IMG/VR virus record: IMGVR_UViG_3300037042_006844
Coordinates: 1 to 64,000 of that record
DNA length: 64,000 bases
Strand: one strand, 5' to 3'
This document shows, piece after piece, positions 54,816-64,000 of this stretch. Within the stretch, counting starts at the first letter, position 1, and each line of letters opens with the position of its first letter. The notes under the pieces are model-generated. The model saw only the letters and a program-made list of their open reading frames with translations, ran no database searches and was not told the DNA's origin. Made by a program: the position numbers and the translations under genes.

Positions 54816-56807
54816 TTATACCACGAGTCCTTTAATATCAGTCGTTGGGAATTTGACCTCAAAAATCGATGGGTCTTTCGATGGATACACAATGTTGTTT
54901 TGTGTGGCTATATCGATGTTATAAGCAATCGGGGAATAATCACCATCGTCAATGGTCAAATTCTTCACAGTAATATTAATTACCGATTGAACTCCTTCAT
55001 TTTTCATGATTTCGAACATCAACTGGCTAAGATTAATTGGTTGGTTGAAGCCCCAACTATCAATTGCGAAAAATTCTTGAACTGAAGCAATACATGTGTT
55101 GAGCACATCGCGCTTATTGAAACCAGCGAACACAGTGATTTGGAAATCAATACCAATGTTGATGATATATCCGTCGATCACGTTGAATTTATCAGTCAAA
55201 ATTTTGTATTGGCTCAGATAGTTTTTAAGGTTCAACAACGTAGCTGCGTTGATCTGAGACAAATGTTTGTTGATATCATAACCAAGCAAATACAAATTGT
55301 TGGTGAACGGATTGTTGCTTTCCAAAAACTTTCGACGGTCCAAAGGATTGAGCGGATTCAAATTGAGGGTCTCATTTTGTGCTGCCGAACCACTAATAAC
55401 GCCACTAATCAATCCAGTATATGATACTTGGCGTGTAGAATTTGACTGAACAAATGCTTTTGCAACGCTGCCAAACTGAGGACTCATCGAATAAACTCGC
55501 AGCAAAATATCTTCTTCTGTGATGATACGGTTTTGCGATGAAAAATTGGCAATGGCGTTTTGGCGGATTTCATCGTCCGTTTCTGGTCCGGCACCTCCTG
55601 TTGCAGCGATTGGGTTGTTGACCCGCAAACTGTTTTTAATGTTGTTTAACAGAGTAATCTGGCTGTCAGTTAGACCACTGGTGTCATTGAGATAATCAAC
55701 GGCTCCAATCGTGGTAATTTCGCCAGAATTGATGTTGGACACAAGACCACCACCCACAATGTAGTTAATCGTCAACACCGTGTTGGATGGTGATACTCCG
55801 TAGCTGTTGCTCTTCAAAACGTTGGTTCCATCCAAACTAATGTTCAGATTTCCAAGGTTCGACATTCCCACACCCACGTTTGTTGGGTTAGGAACAATCA
55901 CGGTGTTGTCAAAGTTTTCTATATTGGCACCAAACTGCAAATAGGTGTTGTTGTTTTCATCTATAAACGTTGTGAAACGTTTCTCCGTTCGCAGATATTT
56001 AAGCAGTTTTGGAGTTTCAGATTGATATTTGGACAGCGTTTGGTTGTTCAACGGAACATTGTCAACGGCGAGGGGCAGCGTTTCTTGCGCCAAATAATTG
56101 ACCTCGTAGTAGTTGTTATTGTTGCTGTCAACAACGCTAACAATTTTCAAAATGTTGGATGAGTCCAGTTTTATTTGCAAAAATGGCGTTGCGGCACCCA
56201 CACTAATTTGGGTCGATGCCAACCGCCCCGAAAATGCTTTAGTGGTTTTTTTGATCAAATAAAACTGAGGTGCTCCCGTTTCATCACGACTATAAACGCT
56301 AATTTCCCGTGGTGAAAATGCCGTGTTTTGGCTAAAATCTACGCTGTCATCAATCAAAAACGGCACGTTGGAAACACTATTGAATGACGTATATGGTTTC
56401 AGAATCAAACAATAGTTTTCATCTGGAACATACTCACCGTCCATTGTCCCCACCCGCTTCGATGGAAGCAATTGAAACAATTCCAGATTTGTTGTGGCTG
56501 CCGATGCTACTTTTGGTTTGTATCCAAGGTATGCCGCTTGGTTGATTATGTTTCTGCGGTCAGTGGCGAACTGAATGAAACTTTCTTTGAATTGTTGATC
56601 GGTATAATATGAAAGAATATCACCAACATATGCGGCTTGCTCGATGAAGATTTGCCCTGGAGAACTTTCACTAAAATCCCTATAATTTTGAGGATAGTAT
56701 TGTTTAGTGAAGTCGATCAGTTGTTGCTTCAAAGACGCAAAATCACGGCTGACGTATATAACGTCTTTTGTGTTCGCCCGGAACGTCTTATTAGTTATTT
56801 GTGCCAT
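54816..56807 (-). CDS. gp6: Baseplate wedge subunit (gp6-like)
   Basis: RDFASLKQQL...YRDFSESSPG...LSYY, LGYKP, ATGGAGPET..EIR, QNRIIT..D motifs. Confidence 0.9.
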   Translation of the reverse strand: MAQITNKTFRANTKDVIYVSRDFASLKQQLIDFTKQYYPQNYRDFSESSPGQIFIEQAAYVGDILSYYTDQQFKESFIQFATDRRNIINQAAYLGYKPKVASAATTNLELFQLLPSKRVGTMDGEYVPDENYCLILKPYTSFNSVSNVPFLIDDSVDFSQNTAFSPREISVYSRDETGAPQFYLIKKTTKAFSGRLASTQISVGAATPFLQIKLDSSNILKIVSVVDSNNNNYYEVNYLAQETLPLAVDNVPLNNQTLSKYQSETPKLLKYLRTEKRFTTFIDENNNTYLQFGANIENFDNTVIVPNPTNVGVGMSNLGNLNISLDGTNVLKSNSYGVSPSNTVLTINYIVGGGLVSNINSGEITTIGAVDYLNDTSGLTDSQITLLNNIKNSLRVNNPIAATGGAGPETDDEIRQNAIANFSSQNRIITEEDILLRVYSMSPQFGSVAKAFVQSNSTRQVSYTGLISGVISGSAAQNETLNLNPLNPLDRRKFLESNNPFTNNLYLLGYDINKHLSQINAATLLNLKNYLSQYKILTDKFNVIDGYIINIGIDFQITVFAGFNKRDVLNTCIASVQEFFAIDSWGFNQPINLSQLMFEIMKNEGVQSVINITVKNLTIDDGDYSPIAYNIDIATQNNIVYPSKDPSIFEVKFPTTDIKGLVV

Positions 56808-57208
56808 TAAATTCTGTTGGTCGTGACTTCGACATTGGTTGTAGCCGTCGTCTTGTTATACGTAAATACCACACTTATAAATATCTTGTTCTTATCAGTA
56901 TTCTCAGGTTGGTTTGTCGCTATTTTAACTTTTACGTCATTAATAAGAACTCCTGCTAAAAATCGGTCAATATCTCGCTGAACGCAATCGACAATGATAC
57001 TTTTGTTCACTTCCAGATCAGTTTGCTGAAACAATAATCTATACAAACTTGACCCAAATTCGTTGTTAAAACGCCTTTCGCCTGGCTGGGTGAGCAAAAG
57101 ATTCCGAATATTGTCGGCTACTTGGTCAACAGTAGCCGTATTGGTCGCAAAGTATCCCTCCTTGCCCAATTGAATCGGTAAACTCAGTCCAAGTGCTTGT
57201 GTAGCCAT
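56807..57208 (-). CDS. gp25: Baseplate wedge/sheath initiator (gp25-like)
   Basis: NIRNLLLTQPGERRFNNEFGSSLYRLLF. Confidence 0.92.
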   Translation of the reverse strand: MATQALGLSLPIQLGKEGYFATNTATVDQVADNIRNLLLTQPGERRFNNEFGSSLYRLLFQQTDLEVNKSIIVDCVQRDIDRFLAGVLINDVKVKIATNQPENTDKNKIFISVVFTYNKTTATTNVEVTTNRI

Positions 57209-57211
57209 ATG

Positions 57212-57697
57212 TTAGGGTCTCTTTTTGTCGGCAACTTTTTTATCTATTGCCTTCATGAGCGAACGAAAATCGCGATTTATTACTGCGGCGACATTTTTTA
57301 CTGGCTCAGGAGCGGTTTCTGGAACAACCACGGGCATCGCAGTTTCGTTGATCAGTTCACTGGTGCTGCTACCACCAAAACCACCCATCATACTCGCCAT
57401 GCTGCCTTCTTGGGGAATGCCACCAGTGGTTTCATTCAAAATCGCATTCAATGCTGGGTTGTTGGTATAATTCACCCTCTTTTTTGGTCTTTGTGGAACA
57501 GACGGCAATTCTTCCGTTTCGACGGTTTCGTCCGAATCGGTTTCGTCCGAATCGGACGATGTCGGACGATTGGAGGGTCGATGTGCTTTTCCAGAAAAAA
57601 CCTCTGATAAATAACTGCGCACCTCTTGTCTCATGATGGGCTGCATTTCGGCTCTCACCATTTTAGCGATAATCTTTCTTAGTTGTTCGGCATTCAT
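57212..57697 (-). CDS. Hypothetical protein
   Basis: 161-aa ORF; includes a 15-nt tandem repeat near 57524-57555. Confidence 0.65.
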   Translation of the reverse strand: MNAEQLRKIIAKMVRAEMQPIMRQEVRSYLSEVFSGKAHRPSNRPTSSDSDETDSDETVETEELPSVPQRPKKRVNYTNNPALNAILNETTGGIPQEGSMASMMGGFGGSSTSELINETAMPVVVPETAPEPVKNVAAVINRDFRSLMKAIDKKVADKKRP

Positions 57698-57767
57698 AGT
57701 ATCTCTATTATATATAATTATTGGCGTTTGGCAGAATTCTTCAATTTTAATATAGTGGTTCTGGGTT

Positions 57768-59645
57768 TTACCAAGTTGGATGGTCTGGCCAATAGTCAGC
57801 GGGGTCTGGCGGGCGGAGATTTTTCCGGTCTTCCTGTATTTGTTTTCTCGCTTCTTTTTTCGATTTCAATTTCACTTTTTTAACGCGGGGCGTATTTGCT
57901 GGCTTTGGAACTTTTGGCTTTGGCATATCTTTTTTGACCGATGCCAATTTTGCAGCTGCCCCACCAAGAACGGCACCTCCTGCTGCACCAATCAATGCTC
58001 CTTTTCCTCCTCCGGCCAAAGCACCAATTCCAGCACCCAAACCACCACCCACCAATCCACCCGTTGCTACTTTTGCCAATGTGCTCGGCGAAGAAATTCC
58101 AGCATTTGGATTGAGAGAACTGACCGAATCGATATTTCCACCCGCCAGTTTAGTTATAGCGGCATCTGCGTTGCTAAAATTAGCCGGTGGAGCTATACTT
58201 GGCAAATTTGGAAAATTCGGTTTTGGAATATATGGAGTGACACTTTTCAGTTTATCTACAGCCGCCAGTTGCTCCGTCGAGCCAATATCTCCCGTGATTG
58301 GATCAACAATTTTGGTATTTCCAGCAATGGTTTCGGGCTTGAATTTATCTGGGCTCCAATTATCACCCAATCCATCCTTAACAAACGCAGGGGTCTCAAT
58401 TTTTGGAACTTCAGGGATAGCCTTTTTGAGAGCAGAGTCCGTTTGTAACTTCGAGACAACATCGCTTCCAGACGCTTTTATTGAACTCGTAGCAGAAGAT
58501 ACCGTGCTCGAAACCGAATCTACTGTGCCAGAAATACTGGTTCCCGCCGCATCTTGAACAGTAGATATTGAAGAATTTACTGCACTGGTAGTGGTAGTAA
58601 CACTATCTTGCCCTGGAGTTGTGAATACGGTTTGACCAGCACCGTTTGGTAATGCTGCCAATTGATCCTGTGTCATTCTCGATCTAGGATCACTTGATGA
58701 AAAAGCGGTTCGAATGGTCGAGCCTCCACCCGATACAGTATTAGTTTCAGTGACGGTGGCAGTGGTTTCCACAGTCGATTTTGAAACAACGTCCGATCCC
58801 GCCGCTTTCAGTTTATCGAGCGGATCTAACGGCTTATCGAGCGGATCTAACGGTTTCAAAAAATCTTTTGAGTCCAATTTAACATTTGGGTCAAGACTTT
58901 TCGCAGCTTGTGACGGAAGTTTTATATTTGGATTATCCACCGTAGGCGGTCTGTTCAAAGTTCCAAAAATAGTTTGTGTTGGTGGCCCTGGTAATGCTGG
59001 ACCCGGGTCTGGTAAAAAACATGTGGGAATTTTGGTTTTATCCAACTTTCCACTTTTTACGTCGTCCTCAACACTCTGCCGAAGGCTTTTTAACTCAGAA
59101 ACGAGTTCGACTTCATATTTGTCTGCACCATCAACGTTGCCTTGAAGCAAAAGTCTTTCATATGCAGCCACATTGTCTACGAGGGTGGGTAAATAATTGA
59201 GCGATTTGGATTTTGACAATGCGAGTAAGCATCCCCAATGATTGGCATATACCCGGTTGAATATTGGACGGGCATTGATATTAACAATGATATTCTGTTT
59301 GTTAGTATTCGGTCCAGCATACCCAACCATCGCGGGCGGCAGATTATTTTGATCAGGAACATCTGGCAACAATTTTTGAGCATTGAGAAATTTATACAAT
59401 GCTTTATAACTCCATCCACCGGTGGTATGGCCGATTGAATAGCCATCGTTCCCATGACGAACGCCATCAGTCCCGATTCGACCTTGTTCATAAAATGCAG
59501 ATTTCTCCATTTCGGCGAACAGAGTGACAGGTTCCTCAAACGCATATATAATCATTGCATTGCCATCAAGTTGACGACCCGATGACCAATTATTACCAGA
59601 TGCTGGTTGCAAGAATCCCAAAATATCTACTAAATTGTCTGCCAT
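57768..59645 (-). CDS. Baseplate-hub-region protein with low-complexity stalk and glycine zipper
   Basis: S/T-rich and P/K-rich segments, KPLDPLD x2 (21-nt repeat at 58813-58853), GGLVGGGLGAGIGALAGGGKGALIGAAGGAVLGG. Confidence 0.6.
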   Translation of the reverse strand: MADNLVDILGFLQPASGNNWSSGRQLDGNAMIIYAFEEPVTLFAEMEKSAFYEQGRIGTDGVRHGNDGYSIGHTTGGWSYKALYKFLNAQKLLPDVPDQNNLPPAMVGYAGPNTNKQNIIVNINARPIFNRVYANHWGCLLALSKSKSLNYLPTLVDNVAAYERLLLQGNVDGADKYEVELVSELKSLRQSVEDDVKSGKLDKTKIPTCFLPDPGPALPGPPTQTIFGTLNRPPTVDNPNIKLPSQAAKSLDPNVKLDSKDFLKPLDPLDKPLDPLDKLKAAGSDVVSKSTVETTATVTETNTVSGGGSTIRTAFSSSDPRSRMTQDQLAALPNGAGQTVFTTPGQDSVTTTTSAVNSSISTVQDAAGTSISGTVDSVSSTVSSATSSIKASGSDVVSKLQTDSALKKAIPEVPKIETPAFVKDGLGDNWSPDKFKPETIAGNTKIVDPITGDIGSTEQLAAVDKLKSVTPYIPKPNFPNLPSIAPPANFSNADAAITKLAGGNIDSVSSLNPNAGISSPSTLAKVATGGLVGGGLGAGIGALAGGGKGALIGAAGGAVLGGAAAKLASVKKDMPKPKVPKPANTPRVKKVKLKSKKEARKQIQEDRKNLRPPDPADYWPDHPTW

Positions 59646-59650
59646 AATAT

Positions 59651-61369
59651 TTATGTTGTGAATTCGAATTCGATTTGAACTGGACCTTCACGTCGATTGC
59701 GTCCTTTGAAATCTCCGAGAACACCAGCACCAGAAACAGTATTGATAATAACTGGGTCTGCGCACTCGCCCCCACTACCAGTTGGTTTGACACCATCGGC
59801 TCCTGGGGCATAGCCGCCGCCCGTTACGTAAACGCGTCTACTCAACGTTTTATGTAAATTATCACGCAACAATTTAAGTTTGATTTGCTGAACTGAAATT
59901 TGTGTTTGGTCTTGCACCGCATCTTTTGTGTTTACATCGGTAATTTGTCCAGCATCCTCGTGACCGTGCGGATGAGGATGGACGTGATGATACCAATGAA
60001 CGTGGTCTAGGAGCCAATTGCAAAGATCATATAGCCAATCGACCGTGGTTTGCCCCAACAATGCTGGTTCGTTTGTCTCACCATACTGACCTAAAAATAT
60101 TTGCGGTGCGTTGATGCAAGCGATACGATTGGTTGTGAGCACAATTTGATCGTTGGCATCCACCGTATACTCGGCATCTGTGGCTACACCATAGCGGCGT
60201 TTGCTGAAATGCAACGATTCCCCAAAACGACTGCTTAACACAATTCTGTCAGAATTGATAATCGTTTGCTCACCATTCAACACTGGCATTTGGAAACTGG
60301 TTGCCCCAGGAGGATTATATTGAACCTGTTCTTCAGTTCCATCACTCTGTTTGGTTATACCAAACATGCTTTTATAAACAGTCGTTGTCCATCTACTTAC
60401 AATCGGACCACTATTAATTTCTATCGTGGTTCCATCATTGTTGATATCTTCTTCAATTTGACCGCCATAATTTTTCTCACGGGGAGTGACCACGGGGATT
60501 GGAGGAAGTTTTGGGTGCAATTGCTGTGGCTTATCCAACGCAATATTTCTTTGCCGATTGCGAATGATAAGTCTCGGGTTGCCATAACCACCGTTCACAG
60601 AGTCTCTGAACAAGTTTGCATTCAATGCATACGATGGATTGCTGGACCTATCGTTTTGGCGACTGTCGTTGTAAGCCGTAAAACGAATGCTTTGACCAAA
60701 TCGGCTTTCTAATACAGTATCTCCTTCAAACTTTCGAACGCTACGAATAAACGGATTGAGAAGAAAATAGTCCCCAAGGAATCCAGTTTTTGTGATCGTT
60801 TTGAAAAATGGATGTGATAGATAGCTTTGTCGCAGTGGGTCTGGATTTGGCACCGATGGAATTGCACTGGAATTATTGTTGCTCAGTGCCTGCTCAGTGA
60901 CATAATCCGCATTGGTTCCAGTAAAATTAAATCTGTTAAACGGTTTGGTGTAGTAATAGTTTCCCGCCAATTTCAACACCATCACTTGTTCATTCAACAA
61001 TGGGTATTGTGTAACGGTATTATCCAATGGCATTGCCCAAGGCAGTTTATCCAATGGAGTTTTCTTTTCCAGTTCCAGGATGCGAATCTTGACTCGTCCG
61101 ATATAGCTGTAATCAATATCTTTGCTGTTGGGAACTTCATTTTTGTAATTGACTGGAATTTGCTGCGGGTTGACAGTTATTGGACCTTTCGAACGAAGGC
61201 TGTCTGGGTTTTTACTAAAAAACGGATGTTGATCATTGAGAATAACATCCACCACAACCGCAAGTTGGAAATTTGAGTTTTCGCCCGTCAAATTATCTGA
61301 GCCAGAACTTCTGCCAGATGGATTCTGAACTTGTAGGTATTTTGAAATGTTTGTTGATGAATCGCTCAT
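59651..61369 (-). CDS. gp5: Baseplate central spike/hub (gp5-like, no lysozyme domain)
   Basis: IGRVKIRI, YPLLNEQV (OB fold), FEGDTVLESRFGQSIRF, LNGEQTIINSDRIV beta-helix, His-rich tip. Confidence 0.75.
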   Translation of the reverse strand: MSDSSTNISKYLQVQNPSGRSSGSDNLTGENSNFQLAVVVDVILNDQHPFFSKNPDSLRSKGPITVNPQQIPVNYKNEVPNSKDIDYSYIGRVKIRILELEKKTPLDKLPWAMPLDNTVTQYPLLNEQVMVLKLAGNYYYTKPFNRFNFTGTNADYVTEQALSNNNSSAIPSVPNPDPLRQSYLSHPFFKTITKTGFLGDYFLLNPFIRSVRKFEGDTVLESRFGQSIRFTAYNDSRQNDRSSNPSYALNANLFRDSVNGGYGNPRLIIRNRQRNIALDKPQQLHPKLPPIPVVTPREKNYGGQIEEDINNDGTTIEINSGPIVSRWTTTVYKSMFGITKQSDGTEEQVQYNPPGATSFQMPVLNGEQTIINSDRIVLSSRFGESLHFSKRRYGVATDAEYTVDANDQIVLTTNRIACINAPQIFLGQYGETNEPALLGQTTVDWLYDLCNWLLDHVHWYHHVHPHPHGHEDAGQITDVNTKDAVQDQTQISVQQIKLKLLRDNLHKTLSRRVYVTGGGYAPGADGVKPTGSGGECADPVIINTVSGAGVLGDFKGRNRREGPVQIEFEFTT

Positions 61370-61380
61370 ACGGAGTTGTA

Positions 61381-61719
61381 TTAGCTTTTTGAGATGGAGA
61401 TCACGTTTTCCATCAATTGTTTGCGATCTTCGTCACTCAGAAGCATCGCTCCTCCCTCACCAGACGCATCTCCTTTGGAAACCAGTTTTTGAACGATGGC
61501 TGCAAGTTTAACGAGTTGCTCGTCGTTTTTCACGCCGACATCGTAATAATCTTTGATGAGAGGAACAATAATGACCGCGTCATTGACTGTTTTGATCAAC
61601 GTCCGCAATTCAGAAATAAGGATATCAATTTGATCTTTTTTGCTCTCCGAATTCTTAACGATATCTTTGCATAAGCCAGAAAAGTTCTTACCTTTATAAA
61701 TTTCAAAGTTTGTATCCAT
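61381..61719 (-). CDS. Hypothetical protein (helical)
   Basis: 112 aa; late box 5 nt upstream. Confidence 0.65.
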   Translation of the reverse strand: MDTNFEIYKGKNFSGLCKDIVKNSESKKDQIDILISELRTLIKTVNDAVIIVPLIKDYYDVGVKNDEQLVKLAAIVQKLVSKGDASGEGGAMLLSDEDRKQLMENVISISKS

Positions 61720-61789
61720 ATGTCAATAAATAGAAAAAACCAACCATTTTCACGATTGGTTTTGATTTTATAGTTCAAACACGACTGGG

Positions 61790-62773
61790 TCAGTGAATCG
61801 TGCCTTTGTTGGTGTAGTTACGGGCGACCAAGTTTTGATAGCATTTCATTTTGTTCAAAACCTTTGTGATCTGTTGGGTTTTGCAATTGCTAATTTCGCG
61901 TATGTAGAGATACAACGTCTTTTTGTTGAAATTTTCGATACGTTCACAATTGCGGAACAATTCGATCACAGCATACGCAATGTTCAAATCCTTCGCCTTG
62001 CCGAAAATTTTGGCTACGTTTTTTTCCCAATAATCAATGAGCAATTTCATAAATTCTTGGGTTTGAACTTTGCGATGATGATCGTCTTCGGTTTGAAGGC
62101 AAACGGTATCTTCACTGGGCATTTCGCTGATTTCAACGTGCTGGTTGAACCGTTTGTAATTATTGTTGTTGTGGAAAATCAAATAGTTTTTGGCTACAAT
62201 GCTGAAATAGCTGAAAGCCTTTCCCTTTTCGGGGGCATATTTGTTCATATTTGCCACAAGATGGGCGACCGTTTCACGTTGAATTTCGAGCGGGCCTGAA
62301 TCGAAATATGTGAATTTGAACGTATTATAAATGTTCTCTACCAGCTTTTCAAAACTGAATTTGATTCGCTCGTTGTAGATGTTGTTGCGGATGTCCCAAT
62401 CCGGTTGGGCATTATATTCAACAACAGCTTCTTGGGTAGCTTTGCTAAAATAGATTTTTTCTTTCTTATTTCTACCCCGACGACGAGGACGTTTCCCTTC
62501 ATCATCGTAGGGTTCTGAAGCCACTTCAACGTTAATGGCAGAGGGGTCTTGTTTTACAGACTCTATCACTTCAACATCGCTGTCACGTTGAACACTGATG
62601 TTGAGAGGTGCTGTTGATTTTACCAGTTTTGGTTTTTTAACCTTTACCTTATAGACTACAGTAGTTTTTCTCTTCTTGTCTTTAGGTGGTGTAGACAAAA
62701 GTTTAGCACTCTTCGATTTGGAAGATGGTTTCCTTTTATCCTTGTTTTTCATCTGCGGCAATACTGTCGTCAT
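61790..62773 (-). CDS. Phage RNA polymerase sigma factor (gp55-like late sigma candidate)
   Basis: KIYFSK..EAVVEYN, KLVENI, KYAPEKGKAFSYFSIVAKNYL (sigma region 2-like); basic N-terminal extension. Confidence 0.7.
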   Translation of the reverse strand: MTTVLPQMKNKDKRKPSSKSKSAKLLSTPPKDKKRKTTVVYKVKVKKPKLVKSTAPLNISVQRDSDVEVIESVKQDPSAINVEVASEPYDDEGKRPRRRGRNKKEKIYFSKATQEAVVEYNAQPDWDIRNNIYNERIKFSFEKLVENIYNTFKFTYFDSGPLEIQRETVAHLVANMNKYAPEKGKAFSYFSIVAKNYLIFHNNNNYKRFNQHVEISEMPSEDTVCLQTEDDHHRKVQTQEFMKLLIDYWEKNVAKIFGKAKDLNIAYAVIELFRNCERIENFNKKTLYLYIREISNCKTQQITKVLNKMKCYQNLVARNYTNKGTIH

Positions 62774-63206
62774 TGGAATTTATCCTTTTGTTATATTCAG
62801 TGATGATAGCTAGCATGTCTTGAAAAAGAAACCCAACTTCATCATCTTTCTCAAACATACCACGTTCATCGATAGATTTCAACTGATTATATACGTTTTT
62901 AGTAAGTTTTCCGAAATCAGTGACCCATTTTACGAGTTCCGTATTCATTTTTTCGGATTCTTCCAGGTTATTTTGAATCGTATCCAGTCGATCCAATGAC
63001 GTTTTCAATGAAATATGCAGAAATGCCGCGACACCCGTGCTCAAAATCTGTGTGAGATCATTTTGTGCTCGATCAACCATTTCTGCTTGATATACTTTTT
63101 CTAGAGCCTTTTTAAGAGCAGCGTTGGTTTTGCGGAGTGACAAATATAGGTAGGTGCTAAATCCGATAGCTAGCACTACGAGTGTAACAAGTATAGTTGT
63201 AATCAT
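62736..63206 (-). CDS. Membrane-anchored coiled-coil protein
   Basis: N-terminal TM helix, coiled coil, FEKDDEVG..F motif. Confidence 0.65.
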   Translation of the reverse strand: MITTILVTLVVLAIGFSTYLYLSLRKTNAALKKALEKVYQAEMVDRAQNDLTQILSTGVAAFLHISLKTSLDRLDTIQNNLEESEKMNTELVKWVTDFGKLTKNVYNQLKSIDERGMFEKDDEVGFLFQDMLAIITEYNKRINSNDDSIAADEKQG

Positions 63207-63214
63207 AATAGGAA

Positions 63215-63352
63215 TTATAGGTCGTCGCCAGAGTCATCAGTTTCTACGAACTCGTTGATGAATTCAATAGCATCCTCAATTAAGGACCAATCGTTGCTTT
63301 GGTTTGATTCAAGAAGGATACGACGCAGTTCTAAAAGTTCTTGGTTATTCAT
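63215..63352 (-). CDS. Small acidic hypothetical protein (45 aa)
   Basis: Not in the track; MNNQELLELRRILLESNQSNDWSLIEDAIEFINEFVETDDSGDDL fills the gap between genes. Confidence 0.5.
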   Translation of the reverse strand: MNNQELLELRRILLESNQSNDWSLIEDAIEFINEFVETDDSGDDL

Positions 63353-63412
63353 GGGTCTAATACAGTAATATATAGTTTCCAGAATGAAAAACCAATTTTT
63401 ATTTTAGAGTTT

Positions 63413-64000
63413 TTAGAAACTAAACATTCCTCTAACCCCAGTTCCTTTACCTTTAGTATGTTTGATAACTTGCTTTTCAACGGGCACCTCTACAATTTTT
63501 TCGACCTCTCGCACAACGTCAACAGGCACCTCCACAATTTTTTCCACCTCTTTTATAACCTCGACTGGCTTTTCGACTTCGACGATTTTTTCCACTTCTC
63601 TGATTGTTTCGTGGATTTGTGGCTCATTATATTCATGTAACGCCGCTTCCGACTTCTCACTTATGTTGTATGCCAGCAACAACACAATTGCCAATGGATC
63701 AAACACCGTGATCAACACTACAATGAACCATTTGACTATCGTTCGGATGTTTGTGTTAAACTCTTCTGCCACGAATTTGAACGTGGTGATGTCTTTTTTC
63801 TGGCTGTTGTCAATTTTCAGCTTGAAAACGTCATCGTCAATTTTACTGGATTTATCGCCAGCTTCTTTTAGTTTGGCATTCTCGGTTTCAATTTGTTTAT
63901 TTAGATCAGTGATTTGATCGTTGATCTGATTCTGAATATTTTGCATTTGAATCGGATTACGAGCGATCAATGCGTTGGTAAGAGTCTCACTTAATCTGGA
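63413..64000 (-). CDS. 3' part of a membrane/coiled-coil protein with EVEKIVEVP repeats (5' end outside the window)
   Basis: Frame stays open to base 64000; WFIVVLITVFDPLAIVLLLAYN TM segment; VEKIVEV repeats. Confidence 0.7.
   Translation of the reverse strand, partial: SRLSETLTNALIARNPIQMQNIQNQINDQITDLNKQIETENAKLKEAGDKSSKIDDDVFKLKIDNSQKKDITTFKFVAEEFNTNIRTIVKWFIVVLITVFDPLAIVLLLAYNISEKSEAALHEYNEPQIHETIREVEKIVEVEKPVEVIKEVEKIVEVPVDVVREVEKIVEVPVEKQVIKHTKGKGTGVRGMFSF

Noticed and set aside
61733-61765. Possible terminator after the sigma factor gene
   Set aside because: The stem is imperfect with a long loop and abuts a late box; too weak to list as a feature.
63480-63610. VEKIVEV repeats as an alveolin/IMC-like eukaryotic signature
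   Set aside because: Such short charged-valine repeats are low complexity and arise readily; there is no other evidence of eukaryotic origin.
745-63917. Numerous plus-strand ORFs in the track (e.g. 745-1149, 5002-5481, 17997-18818, 36402-37082, 57780-58557, 61793-62299)
   Set aside because: They are antisense shadows of well-supported minus-strand genes, with no recognisable motifs or start signals. Only 11577, 12571, 18961 and 19499 are accepted on the plus strand.
1-64000. Stop-codon reassignment (alternative genetic code) as in some large phages
   Set aside because: Core genes translate full length in the standard code with gene-dense packing; the only breaks are explained by the split intein and the AT slip.
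1-64000. tRNA, rRNA, tmRNA or group I/II introns
   Set aside because: No cloverleaf or intron core was recognised in the short intergenic spaces; tRNAscan or Infernal would be needed to exclude them formally.

Overview
This window is the virion-morphogenesis region of a large T4-like (myovirus) bacteriophage, almost entirely on the minus strand. It encodes tail tube, two tail-fibre-like proteins, neck/tail-completion proteins (gp15/14/13-like), major capsid, scaffold, prohead protease, portal, terminase, a 1328-aa sheath, a fused Mre11-Rad50 (gp47-gp46/SbcDC), primase, RuvC-like resolvase, the baseplate cluster (gp6, gp25, gp5-like and others) and a gp55-like sigma factor. Selfish and accessory elements are layered on top. 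There are four inteins: two in portal, one in Mre11, and an atypically split one that divides terminase into two genes. Free-standing Zn-finger/endonuclease-type genes sit directly behind the terminators of the capsid, sheath and tube genes, each with its own host sigma70-type promoter. The two complete ones fuse a DUF559/Vsr-like nuclease to a DNA-modification domain (an amino-methyltransferase in one, a Mom-like acetyltransferase fold in the other), and a stand-alone Mom-like gene lies nearby; this is the best candidate for an undescribed system. Other notable signals: a TATTTAT(A/T) sense-strand box (the reverse complement of the T4 late promoter) usually 4-7 nt before start codons; shared MIKLxxL..E N-terminal leaders on enzyme-like proteins; an (AT)5 frameshift in a YkgJ-like gene; a lipoprotein with unimolecular-spanin-like topology; and an ~340-aa (X-Ala-Y)n fibre repeat. 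All assignments come from manual motif reading; no database search or computation was run. No tRNA, rRNA or CRISPR array was recognised.
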